Assembly: GCA_038496445.1 (NCBI GenBank)
Contig: JALMLS010000538.1
Location: 186,001-250,000 of the forward strand
Source of the DNA: Trichosphaerium sp. ATCC 40318
Lineage: Eukaryota; Protista; Tubulinea
Direction: 5' to 3'
Length of the DNA: 64,000 nucleotides
Shown: piece by piece, positions 12,928-24,587 of the stretch
How the letters are laid out: every line of letters starts with the position of its first letter
Numbering within the stretch: position 1 is the first letter of the stretch
Notes under the pieces: generated by a model
Seen by the model: only the letters and a program-made list of their open reading frames with translations
Told to the model about the DNA's origin: nothing
Databases searched by the model: none
Position numbers and translations under genes: made by a program

Positions 12928-13674
12928 TCAGGTACAGGCACTACAATCCCCGTTTAGAGTTAGAGCAACACTCGAAGAAGTAAGTGGGTCGATATCGGCG
13001 GTGCCTTCCCAGCAGAAATGAAAAGAGTTGTAGATTTTTACTTCGGAGAAGTTCCAGCCATCAACATCAAAGACAGTCATCTCAACACTTTGAAGTGTCT
13101 TATCAGGATTTTTAACAGGTCCTACCATGTAAAATAGATCGCGAGCACCAACTTGAAACTCATCATTTCGGGTATCCACAAGAGCATCGCTGTAAGGAGA
13201 TGTTGAACTGTCGGTGTAAACGTATCGGTATTTAACTGGTGAATCTGTTCCATTGAACTGTCCGCCGTTTGTCTTCGTCATTATCATCGTTTCTTCGGAT
13301 ACTATCTTTTCGTATGTATCCCCACTTGCTCCGCTCGTAGCTGTCGTACAAGAAGTCATGAAAAACAAGTTACAAATACTGTTGAAGTAGCTGGTGTAGT
13401 AGCCACAGCGATCGTCTGAGTTGCAAAGTTGTTGGCATTGAGTCTTTGTCACGGAAGTATCTCGAGTGAAGGTACATTCTCCAGGGCCACCGTGGTAGTT
13501 GCAGTGAGTTACCGTTGATCCAGGGACAGAACCATCGCATTTAACGAAGTAACCGGCATGCATATCCTTGCGACATCCGGAACAAGTCGAATGGGCGTTG
13601 GTGTAAAGGGCTTTGAAGTTGAATGCTATTGCTGATGATAAGCAAAGACATAGAAAGATCGATGAATAGTTCAT
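12928..13674 (-). CDS. Intronless secreted protein with Cys-rich PAN/apple-like module and C-terminal PLAT/LH2-like domain
   Basis: Signal peptide MNYSSIFLCLCLSSAIA; TQCQQLCNSDDRCGYYTSY...CNLF (PAN-like); DEFQVGARDLF...LQSVEM...DGWNFSEVKI (PLAT-like). Confidence 0.65.
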   Translation of the reverse strand: MNYSSIFLCLCLSSAIAFNFKALYTNAHSTCSGCRKDMHAGYFVKCDGSVPGSTVTHCNYHGGPGECTFTRDTSVTKTQCQQLCNSDDRCGYYTSYFNSICNLFFMTSCTTATSGASGDTYEKIVSEETMIMTKTNGGQFNGTDSPVKYRYVYTDSSTSPYSDALVDTRNDEFQVGARDLFYMVGPVKNPDKTLQSVEMTVFDVDGWNFSEVKIYNSFHFCWEGTADIDPLTSSSVALTLNGDCSACT

Positions 13675-14992
13675 AGTAAGCGAGAGAAGTTGTAGCTTTG
13701 TTGTTACTAGGTTTAGAGTAAATAACAATTATATAATTAGCTTAAACTGTTAGTTCAGACAGGCTGTGTGTACCACAAAAAGAGAAGGAAAATTTCGGGT
13801 TTATCACGTGGCTTTTGTCTCAGTAATATGACGATTTTGTCTTCATTTAGATGAAGGATAGAGCGTAAAGAGGCGTTGAGTGAGTCAAAGAAAAAGAATC
13901 ACAAAAAGTTTCTATTTTACCTAAAAATACAGTGTCATAAAAATATCTTGTGGAATCACACGAAACTTTCATAATATGTTCATAAAAATCACGTGTATGT
14001 CAACTAACTGTTAAAAAAATGATTTTAGAACAAAAAACACAATTTGTATTTTTTTTTGCGTTCCATTGTGATTCTTAGAACTGTTTTAGTCATGACGTGG
14101 TTTATTTTGATCGACCCGTTCCACTTTGTTTACACGAAGCTATAACCATGTTCTTTTGTTGACAGGCAAAATGAGAAAAAGCAAATCCGAACACACAACA
14201 CGTTTATAGTGCTAGCAAGAAAAAATGTCGTTTCGTTATAGTAGCCAGTGTACTTGCCACAACACAACAGCGCTACTAGTTAGTGACACAATCTGGGTCC
14301 AGGCACTTTAGAGACACTGCAAAGGTAGTATTTGCAGTGCAGCACTGCCAATAGCCATGCGAGTCGCACCAGTTTATAGCGTGGTTTGGATGTTGAAAAA
14401 TCAAACTTTTTTGTGCAGTATGTGGGTGTTTGTAGACAAGCCTTTTCCAGACACTAGTCATGACTTTGCAGCTTAGTTTTGACTACAGTCGCAGAGCACC
14501 GTATAAATTAAGTATGCTTCTTTGATTTGTGATTCAAGTTAGAGCGCTTGCAGCATACAGTGCTGTTACAGCCATTCGCTATCTCTACAACACAATCAAA
14601 CGAAAAATCTGGTTTGATTCACTCAAACAAACCCTTTTGGCTCTTTCTGACTTGAGCTTTCATACCGTTCAACTCCATGACTTTCTCGGAAGAGAGCCGC
14701 AATCCCATAGAATTTACCTTGGGATGTTGACACTCAACCACGAAATTCACACATGTGCTCTTAAAGCAAACTGGTCGACAAGTGCGTAGATTCCAACCAA
14801 CTACCCAACTCAAAAAACTCAATCAAAGCACAACAGTTTTCTCATTAGAACAAGAGCATGATAGATGCGTCTTATTCAATACTCAAAATCCAAAGTAACT
14901 AGACATAAGGTATTTTTTGTACAAAAGTTGTTGCGTTTTTATTTCTTTTGATTTTGGTTTTTTTTTTCAACACAACATTGTTTATATGACAT

Positions 14993-17900
14993 TTAGTCAT
15001 CATCAAGTAATACAGGCTCACCAGGTAATACAATATCACCATTGATACCTTCAACATCATCTAAGCGTACACTCATCTCCTCACCATCATCGTCATCATC
15101 ATCATCAGACAACTCACCCAATGGGTCCAATTGAATATCGGCATCGGTATCATCGTAATAAGTTTGTACTTTTACTCTGTCATATCGATTACAAGTGACA
15201 CGCTTCCATAGCCATCTTAATACTTTTACTAAATCTCCTTGGTTACCAACAGGTCCTACAGCCATCATGATAGCACTGAAAGACACCATAGAAGCAAAGA
15301 GACTTAATGAAAGCGTCAAAGATACAACCATGCCGAACTTTGCGAAAATTTGAAGTTTGCAAAATAACAACATGCTGCAAGCCAAGACAGTCGTCAACGC
15401 TCCACCTGTTACTGATCCTCCCATTCTACCTAAACTATAGCGCATATGTTTATAACGTAGGTGCATAGGTGAGATCGCTAAAGAGAAAAAACAGCGTCAG
15501 TATTTGACAATCAAAAAACCAGAAAAGAACAAAATTTAAACAAAGTGTAACTCGAACGTACAAGCAAAGTTTGTATCCATTTTATGTGCATGAACTTTTG
15601 CGCAGTGACGTTGATGATGTGTATAAGCATCGGCCAAATGGAATACCTACACAACCGATTAAACAAAATACTCAAAAAAGAAGAAAAAATCAACACTTCA
15701 AAACATAGCTCAGGTGAAGTGAAGGCAGCTTTTGACTACTCTTTGTATCATTGATATAAAAACTTACGTAATCAATAGATAACCCAACCAGTAAACTAAC
15801 AGATACAGCTTCAATAGCACCAAGCTTCCATCCCATAATATAATAGATACCAAGAAGTTCAGCGATATTAATACACAAAGTCAAGATGGCAACAATAGCT
15901 GTTCTCCAGTTACCCAAAAATACAAGTAAAGCAATAAGAGATACACCAATAGATATAGCAATACCAAAAGATACACTATTAACAGCAGTGAACTCTGTTT
16001 GCATTTGTACCTAACAAGAAAAAGTCAAACAAAAGTCTTGGTTCGAAAAAAAGAAAAAGACTTCAGTCTTGAGACGTTACCCAATTGTTACCAGCGTCTA
16101 CTGTCTGGAACGCGTTATTCATACTTGTAGGTGCTTGATCATTCATTTTATTAACCCAAGCTTCCCATAATTTATAGTACTTGCGCTCTTCTACAGCAGA
16201 GGAAACCTTGGAAATTTTCTTGGAAAAAAAAGTCAATAAACAAGAGTTTCATTTTTTAATACTCACCGTCCTGAAGATCATGCGTATCCAAGCGACACGT
16301 ACAGGCTTCAAGTGATATGTGCTTTGACCGGCGTTTATAGCCTCAGCTTGTTTATATAGAGCATCTGTATCATTAAAACCGACGTCGTATTTGTAAGGAT
16401 TATAAAGAAAGTTGAGGTGGTTATGATTTTCAACTTTACTTCTGACGTTGTATGCAAACATGAAACGAATCATATAATTCGTGAATGTTTTCCTTTTGAT
16501 TTATAAAGTAAGTATAAATGTTATATGGTATGCCATACAAAATAAGTTGCAAGAAAAGGCCAAAAAACATCAACAACTTTTTTGGGAAAAGTCAAAACGT
16601 GATAAAAAAAAAGAACGCACTCGTTTTTGATTGGGAACCCCATGTTCTTGCTCACGATATACTTTTTGAATTCAGTCATAACGCATCTAGGCTTAGAATT
16701 CTCAGCAATCTCTGTATTTGCAAGTGTTTCCTCACAGACCTTTAAAAGAAACGTAAGAAAAAACTCATTTCTTGTTTTGTCAAAATGTTTCTTAACACCG
16801 TACTTTGATGGCATATTCTTGTGCTCTTGGATCTGCTAGGTTAAACGATGTATCATATACAGGTTTACCCTTATCAGAAGCAAAAGGATCATTGATATCA
16901 ACACCACTTCTATCAATACCATCTATACCATAGACAAGAGATACACGCATCCTTGATGCGCTAACACCTTTATCTGGTGCACAAGCGTTGTTTCCACCAC
17001 ATACTCTGCAAACATCGTCAGCATCAAAACGTAGTAGACATGCAAAACGTGTATTGAATCCAAAAATAAACGCCAAAGAAGACGAGGAGAAAAGGAAAAA
17101 AATACATACCCGCAACCATCGACTTTCTTTCCTGAACCAGGAACACCATCACAACCTTCAAGTCAAAATTGTCAGACTAAGTAAATCCATAGTAATATAA
17201 AAAATGAGTGGGTACCAATGTCTGAAGGCTTAGAAGTAGGTATAGGCACAGGAGGTGCTGTAGGGGCTATTGTAGTAGAACGTGTAGGCGACGCTGTCGT
17301 AGGCGGCGGTGTTATGACATGCGTAGGTGGTCGAGATGGTCTAGCATTCGTAGGTGCTTCTGTGACAACATGTGTTGGTGGTAGAGTAGTTCTAGGTGAT
17401 GTTGTTGTAGGCGGCTGTGTAACAACGTGCGTGGGCGGTTTTGTAGTAGCAGCATTCGTTGGGGACAATGCAGTAGGTGGTTGCATAGTTACAGGTTGTG
17501 TAGAGGCTCCGGTCGTTGGTGAGGCCGTTGTTTGGGGTGGCGAGGTGACCGCAGTATGAGGTGCATGTGACGGCGTTGGTGTGGGCGTACTCGTTGGCGC
17601 TCGCGATGTAGGAGGCCTTGTTGGTGCTGAAGTCGTTGGTGGCAGTGTTTGAACAGGAGGATAAGGTGCTTTAGTAGGTGCTAAGGTAGTTGGCATCATA
17701 GACGCTTTTGGAGATATGTCAGGTGGCTTACAAGTACTTCCATCACCGTTACAAACACCACATTTATCTCTAGAAATTACCAGTGAGCAAACAGGCAATT
17801 CAAAGTAAGAGTCTTATGGTTTCAGGTCCAAAAAAAAATTAAAGATAAAAAGGAAACGTACTTTCTTCCTTGTACTACTTGACCATCTATAAAAGAAAAG

Positions 17901-20900
17901 CATCCTTTAGGTACTTCACCACCACCATTATCACTTGCAGCTCTACAGAAAAAATCATTTAGATATAAAGCTATTGTTTAAACTGACACCCAAAAAAACA
18001 AAAAAAAATAAATCTTCGAATTGTACGTACTCTAATATGCCTTTAATGCCTCTGTTATCCCATTCAATAAATAGCTCCAGAGGGTTACCCTTAGGAAAGA
18101 ATCGAAGGAGCTCAGATGATGTCTCTAACTGCGTTGAGAAACCTATAGAGACACCGACTATTACGACAGTAATTGCAATAACAACCCATTTCATCTTTCT
18201 CAACATAGGTGAATACTTGTGAGTAAAAAAAGCCTCTGTTCCGCGCATTTTCTTTCCAGCAGCGTTACGTTGTCTACGCTTAACACAACAAGGTATTTGA
18301 TCTTCAACCATCCTTTTACCCTTCTTTATAGACTTGCAAGGAGCCAACTCACAACAGAACGGCTTTATCTTGCCTATGATTTAAATGTCAGACTCATGTT
18401 GTTTACATTGACCTAAAGGTCCTTATGACATACCTTGAACAAGAGGAAGCCAATAGCGTGCGTATACTGCCAGAACGACAGGAAACCAAGTGATTACAAA
18501 GCAATAATTGGCCATGACGAGAAGAGACATGTACCAACCGAAATCATGTAAAGCGGTAATTTGTGAAATGACATTTGATCCAAAAGCAGCCGCTGTTGTG
18601 ATGGACGTTACTGGTACGTTAAGGGATACAAAACTGGTTAAACAAAGAAAGTAAAAAACAAAATGAGTTGGATACTAAACGTCGTCAAAGCGGCTTCTTT
18701 AAACGTCTGTGAGAGGCGTCTACGTAGGTCTTTTATGTCTTTCTTTTGCATGAATGTGTCATAGAATATGAATACATCTAAAGCAATGTTAGAACAATGA
18801 AGCAAGGATAAAAATAAAAGAAAAAAATAAATGCAATAAGAGTAACATTCGTACCGTCTACGCCAATACCAAGAACAATAAATAATGATACTGCTGTGAG
18901 AACATTGACGTATTTAATCATTAGAATATAATGATAGATTAAAAAGACACTACAGCATTGTTAGAAAAGAATTACAAAGAAAACAACCCTCCGAAATAAA
19001 ATACATAAAACCTTTTTTCTCAACAAACAAAACAAGGTACGTACACAGGGAAAGAAGCTACAATATGGAGCAACGAAAATACTGTAATGAATATAGACGA
19101 TGTATGCCACCAAATCAATACAAAAATAATAGCCAAGCTCACAATCTAAACGAGAAAACAAACAAAATATTAGCCACATACAAAAAAAAATTCTTTAAAA
19201 GTATGACATACAGATATCTTGGCATCAGCGATGATATACTCCAATACTTCGTATTCAGTAATATAGTTACCTTATAACACCATTAATATGTCGCTAAACA
19301 TGGAAATAACTGAAGCTTACCACCATGAAATACCATGACATTCAAGTCATCCTTACGTTTATTTGTAAGTCCTTTCAAGTAATCAACCATTGTTGTATCC
19401 ATCCATTTTTTAAATTTTTCGTTTTGTTCATGTCTACGATCAGAATACGAGGAATAACCAGCAAGTGGAAGACCAAACTTATAGTGAAGCCTCAAAATAG
19501 TACTAAACAATTGTCAGTCATTTATCATTAAAAAAACAGCAATAGATGGATGCTAAGTATAGCAACGTTTTCAAGGACAGAATATTGTACCTGTATGGAT
19601 GAGTCTTACTGAATTTTTCATCAGTATAAAGAAACATCCCGTTCACCAAGAGTTGGTTGACTACAATGCTTAAATCTCCGATTAAAGCACCTACACATGA
19701 ATGTTAATCATTTAAAAAGCTATTATAGCATAAAGTCAATAAAGGAGGTACCTTTGCCATCAAGAACAATATTATTTGTTTCAGCATTGTAAGAAGGGTA
19801 GAAATAAGGTATTATCGAGTCTAGGTTTATGTTAAGATTACTGAGGATGAAAGGATTGTACTGTATACAATCACTTACCACCAGGTATGCATGTCTTCGA
19901 ACTTGTTGCTTTACAAAAATCTTTGAAGCCTTCAATCTGTGGAATCTCATCAAAAACTTCTCTTGCGAATTTAATAATATCTTTATTGAAAATCGTTGCG
20001 TTTGGTGATTTATCCAGTGTCATAAACACAATATTGAGGTCCCAAGCACCAGCCTAAATAATGGGTATTAATATAGGCAATATATAAAATAACAAACAGT
20101 AACTGACAGGCTACATTAACAACAAAACAGGCTTTAAAAAAAAGTTGTCATTTTTTTTTTTGGACGGATTTAAAACGTACCATTTGTTGGCCGTATTCTA
20201 CATTACGTTTACTATGTAATGATTCAGTCAATCCATATTCAGATAGTTCTATCCCTTCAGGAATTTCGCTGGACTAAAGTGCAACACAGTTATGAAATGA
20301 AGCAAAACTTTGCGACGTTTAAAATAATTCAGTGAAAAAAAATCAAAACCCCAAAAAAAAAAGGTACTCACCCAAGATGTCATTTCTCTTTTTGATGTTG
20401 GAGCTGATAAGAGTCTCTTTATTTTTTCATACGTTTCAGATATAGCAGCGCTGACAGAGTCAGCCCTTTGAGCAACAGGATGATCACGAACAGTGAACGC
20501 TAAATCAAGGATATCAGAAAAAACCACAAAAAAGTATTTGATTTCAAAAAAAAAAAAAAAAGGTAATCTTCTGGCTGTCTAGCTTCCCGGACGATTTCGA
20601 CGTACATGCAATACCGTGATCAATAGTCACATTACCAAGAACGAGAGCAACAAGTCCGCCAATGCACAAGGCGAGCTGTGCGCGATTAGTAGATAAAAAT
20701 AAAGATAGATGTTCCGAAGTGCGATCAGTGGAGCGCCACGCTATTTTTTAGAAAGAAAAACGCCCGCCCGAGGTTTGCGGCACAAAAGAGATCAACAGTT
20801 ACAAAAAGTTTGTCCGCTTTGCCATAGCGTTTCACGCCATTTATAATCGTTGTTTGAACGACGCTTACGCGTGTTAAAGGGAATTCGTACCAAAACTAAA

Positions 20901-21220
20901 AAACAACCACTAAATAGCGCGCAAGGAAAGCGAACGATCGCATTCGTGTAGAAGAGCGTCTTCTTTGAAGAAGCTTCAGAAGGGTCAGTTAGTTCCACCT
21001 CTTCGGCCGCTAGTAACGTTATTAGACCTCATAACAAATGGAGCACAGGCCGTCGTTTAAAATAAAACACTTTTATCAAAAAACTTGACGTGCCCTTTAC
21101 AGTTTCATCCTCTGAATGCTCAAAATCAGCCATAGGTCCATCTTCTAGCGGAAGCGGTTCTAAGTAGTCATCGTCAACAAGCGAACGTCCTTCCTCAACA
21201 GAAGTTCCGTTCTCTGACAT
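14993..21220 (-). CDS. Dispatched/Patched-family RND transporter with sterol-sensing domain, many exons
   Basis: Exons encode GIGVDDVFIFYDTF, TSITTAAAFGSNVISQITALHDFG, WKLGAIEAVSVSLLVGLSIDY and MGGSVTGGALTT...CKLQIFAKFG, with a duplicated multi-TM topology. Confidence 0.88.
17218..17725 (-). repeat. Pro/Thr-rich mucin-like low-complexity coding repeat (PPTHVVT.PPTT) inside the Dispatched-like gene
   Basis: The translation is ~165 aa dominated by P/T/S/A with repeated PPTHV(V/I)T units. Confidence 0.85.
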
Positions 21221-21398
21221 GCCACAAGCCACGTTACGTTATATTTTTATGCAAAACAAATAAACTGTTCATCCAAAACTTGGCAAATTTCCACGCGCGG
21301 TGAAATAACAAAAACAAAAAAAAAACGCTTCAGTTAGCGTTAAATCGCAACGCAGTTCGCAAAAAACTTTATTTGAAAATAGACTAAGTGACATAGTC

Positions 21399-22560
21399 CT
21401 ATTTTTTGTTATTAACCTTTATAGAAACAGCATCAACATCAATAATCATTTCATCTATTTCTTTATCCATGTCTTCATCAACAACATGCCATCGTTCACT
21501 TTTCCCTGTTTCCCCATTCCTTAGCTCAATCCAAAACTTCGAAATGACCCAATAACGTCCAAACGTCGTTGGCTCATGAGTGATTGCTTAAAAATATGTA
21601 AGTTCATGCCACAAGGATAACAAAAAATTATACAAAAACAATCACACATTTTAGGATCACTAACTTTCACGACATGTCCCGTGCGAACTGATTTCTTTTT
21701 TTGGTTTTTTTTGAAATAAAAAATGTCTAATTTCTCTCGCTTACCTCGTATTATAACGTTTGCTGTTCCCTTTGATCCTATGATAGGAAACATATATGTC
21801 GACGCGATTACTGGACCAAGGCTTGTCATAAGCGTTGCTTCATCAACGCACATTTTTTCAATGTTAGGCGTTGGAAAATTGCCAATTAAACGCTCCATTT
21901 CGACCCTACTTGTGTCAAAATTAATGCACGTCAATGTACTACGCACCGCTTATCTTCATAGAGTTTATCGAGTGCATTTGAAACCAATCTTGAAGACGCA
22001 GAAAGCGCAGAATTTCTTCTTACCCACACAACTAGTAAGACGATGAGTGGGAGCGTTGTAAACCAAGAAAAATGTAAAAGTACAATACCTACGAAAATAA
22101 AACCGCCAATCAAACCACCAAGGCCCAGTATAGAACCTAGAGTTCTCTTAGATGCGTAACACGCCTATAAGCTCACCCCATATTTTGAAAGGAATAAAAT
22201 ACATCAAAGTTCCAGTGAGAGTAACGACAGAAAGGTGAAAACGCACTGGCCACAGCTTTTCAGAATTAAATTACGGTTTAGGCTTAATAAACGCACCAAT
22301 TCACCTATTCTCTTCCCCACTCGAACTACCCTTTCTGCAGCAGTTTCTTGTTTACCTGGCAGTAGTTGTGCGAAACGTGTCGCTGTGACTGGTAGGCACA
22401 AGCGCGTAACGCTGCGCCGAACAGTGCGGCGCTGTGTAATAGTGTTGTAAGCGTAGGAACGCACATTAACACGCCTTGAGCAGTGTTTTGGTTTGTTAGG
22501 CACAACAGCGACTCGAGGACAAGAAAGAGCGGACACAACAGTGCTACGCATAAGGAACAT
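21399..22560 (-). CDS. Multi-exon membrane protein, possibly mitochondrial (weak Coa1/Tim21-like C-terminal motif); start uncertain
   Basis: Basic N-terminal frames, hydrophobic segment GGFIFVGIVLLHFSWFTTLPLIVLLVVW, then FPIIGSKGTANVIIR; intron signals present. Confidence 0.4.
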
Positions 22561-22642
22561 CTCGCAACGCGTATATTACATAGTTTTATAGAGTCAACAA
22601 GTTTATTAATATGAAAGGGTTTACGGTAGGTTTTGTTCAGGT

Positions 22643-23011
22643 TTATTTACGTAGTGCTGCGTGGCACTTGGTTACGGACTTTGTTCCTTCAGAAACAGCG
22701 TGTTTGCCAAGCTCACCAGGCAAAAGTAAACGGACAGCTGTTTGTATTTCTCTCGATGTGATAGTTTTCTTTTTGTTGTATCGAGCAAGGCGACCAGACT
22801 CAACGGCTAGTCGCTCGAAAATATCGGAGACGAAAGAATTCATAATAGCCATAGCTTTGTTAGAGATACCGGCTTCAGGGTGTACTTGCTTTAATACCCT
22901 GTAGATATACGTTGAGTAAGATTCATAGTTCTTACGTCTACGGCGCTTGGTGCCTGCATTAGAGGAGGCAGCTGGAGTTTTTTTAGTCTTTTTAGGAGAT
23001 TTGCGTGGCAT
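22643..23011 (-). CDS. H2B: Histone H2B variant
   Basis: [16 protein letters not shown]...[21 protein letters not shown]...[29 protein letters not shown]; intronless; AATAAA downstream (plus-strand TTTATT at 22602-22607). Confidence 0.97.
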   Translation of the reverse strand: MPRKSPKKTKKTPAASSNAGTKRRRRKNYESYSTYIYRVLKQVHPEAGISNKAMAIMNSFVSDIFERLAVESGRLARYNKKKTITSREIQTAVRLLLPGELGKHAVSEGTKSVTKCHAALRK

Positions 23012-23309
23012 GTTGCGGTTAGTGTTGCGCTTGTGATTTGTGGTTTGAACAGTAACTTACAAAAAGTAACCGTTAAGCGAGATAATTAGGGCGGAAGTGA
23101 CGGTTAAACACGGAGCAGACGTAGCTGCTCAAAACAACACAAAAAGAGATAGTTTGTAGTTGCATAAAACAAAAGTACAAGTAGCCGTTAGGACAATGTT
23201 ATCGAGATGTCCAAAAACGGTTTAAAAGACGAAAAAGTGAGGCTAGCGACGGTTTAAAACGTGAGACGAAATTGAAAAGTTACAAGAGTTGAGTGTGTAG
23301 CGATGAGGA

Positions 23310-23325
23310 GGTGTTAAAAAACACC
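23310..23325 (-). other. Histone mRNA 3' stem-loop of H2B (GGTGTT-TTTT-AACACC)
   Basis: A 6-bp stem with a 4-nt U-rich loop, starting GG and ending CC, lies 24 nt after the H2B stop codon. Confidence 0.88.
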
Positions 23326-23349
23326 AAATTGATCATTTTAGAACAAGAT

Positions 23350-23712
23350 CTACTCAGCCAAAGAGGCGTTGTATTTGGTCACGGCTTTTGTTCCTTCCGA
23401 GACAGCGTGTTTGGCGAGCTCACCAGGCAAGAGCAAACGTACAGCAGTTTGGATTTCTCTTGATGTAATAGTTTGCTTTCTGTTGTAGCGAGCGAGGCGA
23501 CCAGATTCGAGTGCGAGTTGCTCGAAGATATCGGAGACAAAAGAGTTCATGATTGCCATGGCTTTGTTTGAAATACCGGTATCTGGGTGAACTTGCTTCA
23601 ATACCTTGTAGATGAAGGTAGAGTAGGATTCGTAGTTTCTACGGCGGTTTGAACCTCCCTTGGAGACTTCAGCTGGGGCTTTGGTTGTCTTAGTAGATTT
23701 GCGGGCTGGCAT
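23350..23712 (-). CDS. H2B: Histone H2B (canonical, divergently paired with H2A)
   Basis: Full H2B fold ending [17 protein letters not shown]; intronless. Confidence 0.98.
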   Translation of the reverse strand: MPARKSTKTTKAPAEVSKGGSNRRRNYESYSTFIYKVLKQVHPDTGISNKAMAIMNSFVSDIFEQLALESGRLARYNRKQTITSREIQTAVRLLLPGELAKHAVSEGTKAVTKYNASLAE

Positions 23713-23929
23713 TGTTTTGGTTTATCGTTATAGGTTGATTTGCTATTTGGCGCGACTTATGTTTTTTATAGTAGTCGAATCTGGTTGGTGGTTTTTCTCT
23801 AACTCTATTTCTGAAAACTCGCGAATTTTTCAAACCATAAAATTGCTGTTTGAAAAAAAATCACCAACCAGATTGGAGTTTGCACTTAACCGTTGTAACT
23901 CAATAGTACAAAATTAACAAACAACTACC
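23713..23929. promoter_or_regulatory. Divergent H2B/H2A promoter
   Basis: Head-to-head H2B and H2A with a 217-bp spacer; related elements tctggttggtg and caccaaccaga occur in inverted orientation. Confidence 0.65.
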
Positions 23930-24331
23930 ATGTCGAAATCAGCAGGAAAAGGAGGAAGAAAAGCCGGTGACAAATCTCGTTCATTCAAAGCGGGCCTTAC
24001 ATTCCCAGTCGGTCGTCTCCACAGGCAACTCAAACAAGGACAATTCGCAAAGCGCGTAGGTATCGGTGCCCCAGTTTACTTGGCAGCCGTCCTCGAATAC
24101 TTGACCGCCGAAGTTCTCGAACTCGCCGGTAACGCCGCTCGTGATAACAAAAAAGTCCGTATTGTACCAAGACACGTCATGTTGGCCGTTAGAAACGACG
24201 AAGAACTCAACAAGCTCCTCGGAAAAGTAACTATCTCCAACGCCGGTGTTATTCCAAACATCCACACCAACCTCTTGCCAGAGAAACAAAAGAAGCAAAT
24301 GGTTGAGAGTGGTGAATCCCAACTCTACTAA
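23930..24331 (+). CDS. H2A: Histone H2A with H2A.X-type C-terminal SQ motif (ESQLY)
   Basis: AGLTFPVGR...[36 protein letters not shown]...DEELNKLL; ends SQLY*. Confidence 0.97.
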   Translation: MSKSAGKGGRKAGDKSRSFKAGLTFPVGRLHRQLKQGQFAKRVGIGAPVYLAAVLEYLTAEVLELAGNAARDNKKVRIVPRHVMLAVRNDEELNKLLGKVTISNAGVIPNIHTNLLPEKQKKQMVESGESQLY

Positions 24332-24359
24332 GCAACTAGCTTTTACGAGCTCAAAAAAT

Positions 24360-24375
24360 GGCTTTTTTTAAAGCC
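24360..24375 (+). other. Histone mRNA 3' stem-loop of H2A (GGCTTT-TTTT-AAAGCC)
   Basis: A 6-bp stem with a 4-nt loop, preceded by an A-run, lies 28 nt after the stop codon and is close to the metazoan consensus GGCTCTTTTCAGAGCC. Confidence 0.9.
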
Positions 24376-24587
24376 TCTTTCCCCTTGTAACTCTAATTTT
24401 AAACGTTTTGTACTCTGTAGCATAAATACTTCAAATTTTCAAAAAATCGCGGCAAATTGCGTTTAGTACTTTCGCTTTTCATATACTGCAGTAGTTTGCG
24501 CTTAGCTTTGTTTTTTACTACGCGTGTAAGTAGAAGATTGATGCCGACTTAAAAACGTTCTTTTGTGGTTGAATTTACAAGCGTAGC

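Noticed and set aside
14200-14830. Small ORFs (14276-14461 minus, 14529-14789 plus)
   Set aside because: They are short, with no recognisable domain or convincing splice structure.
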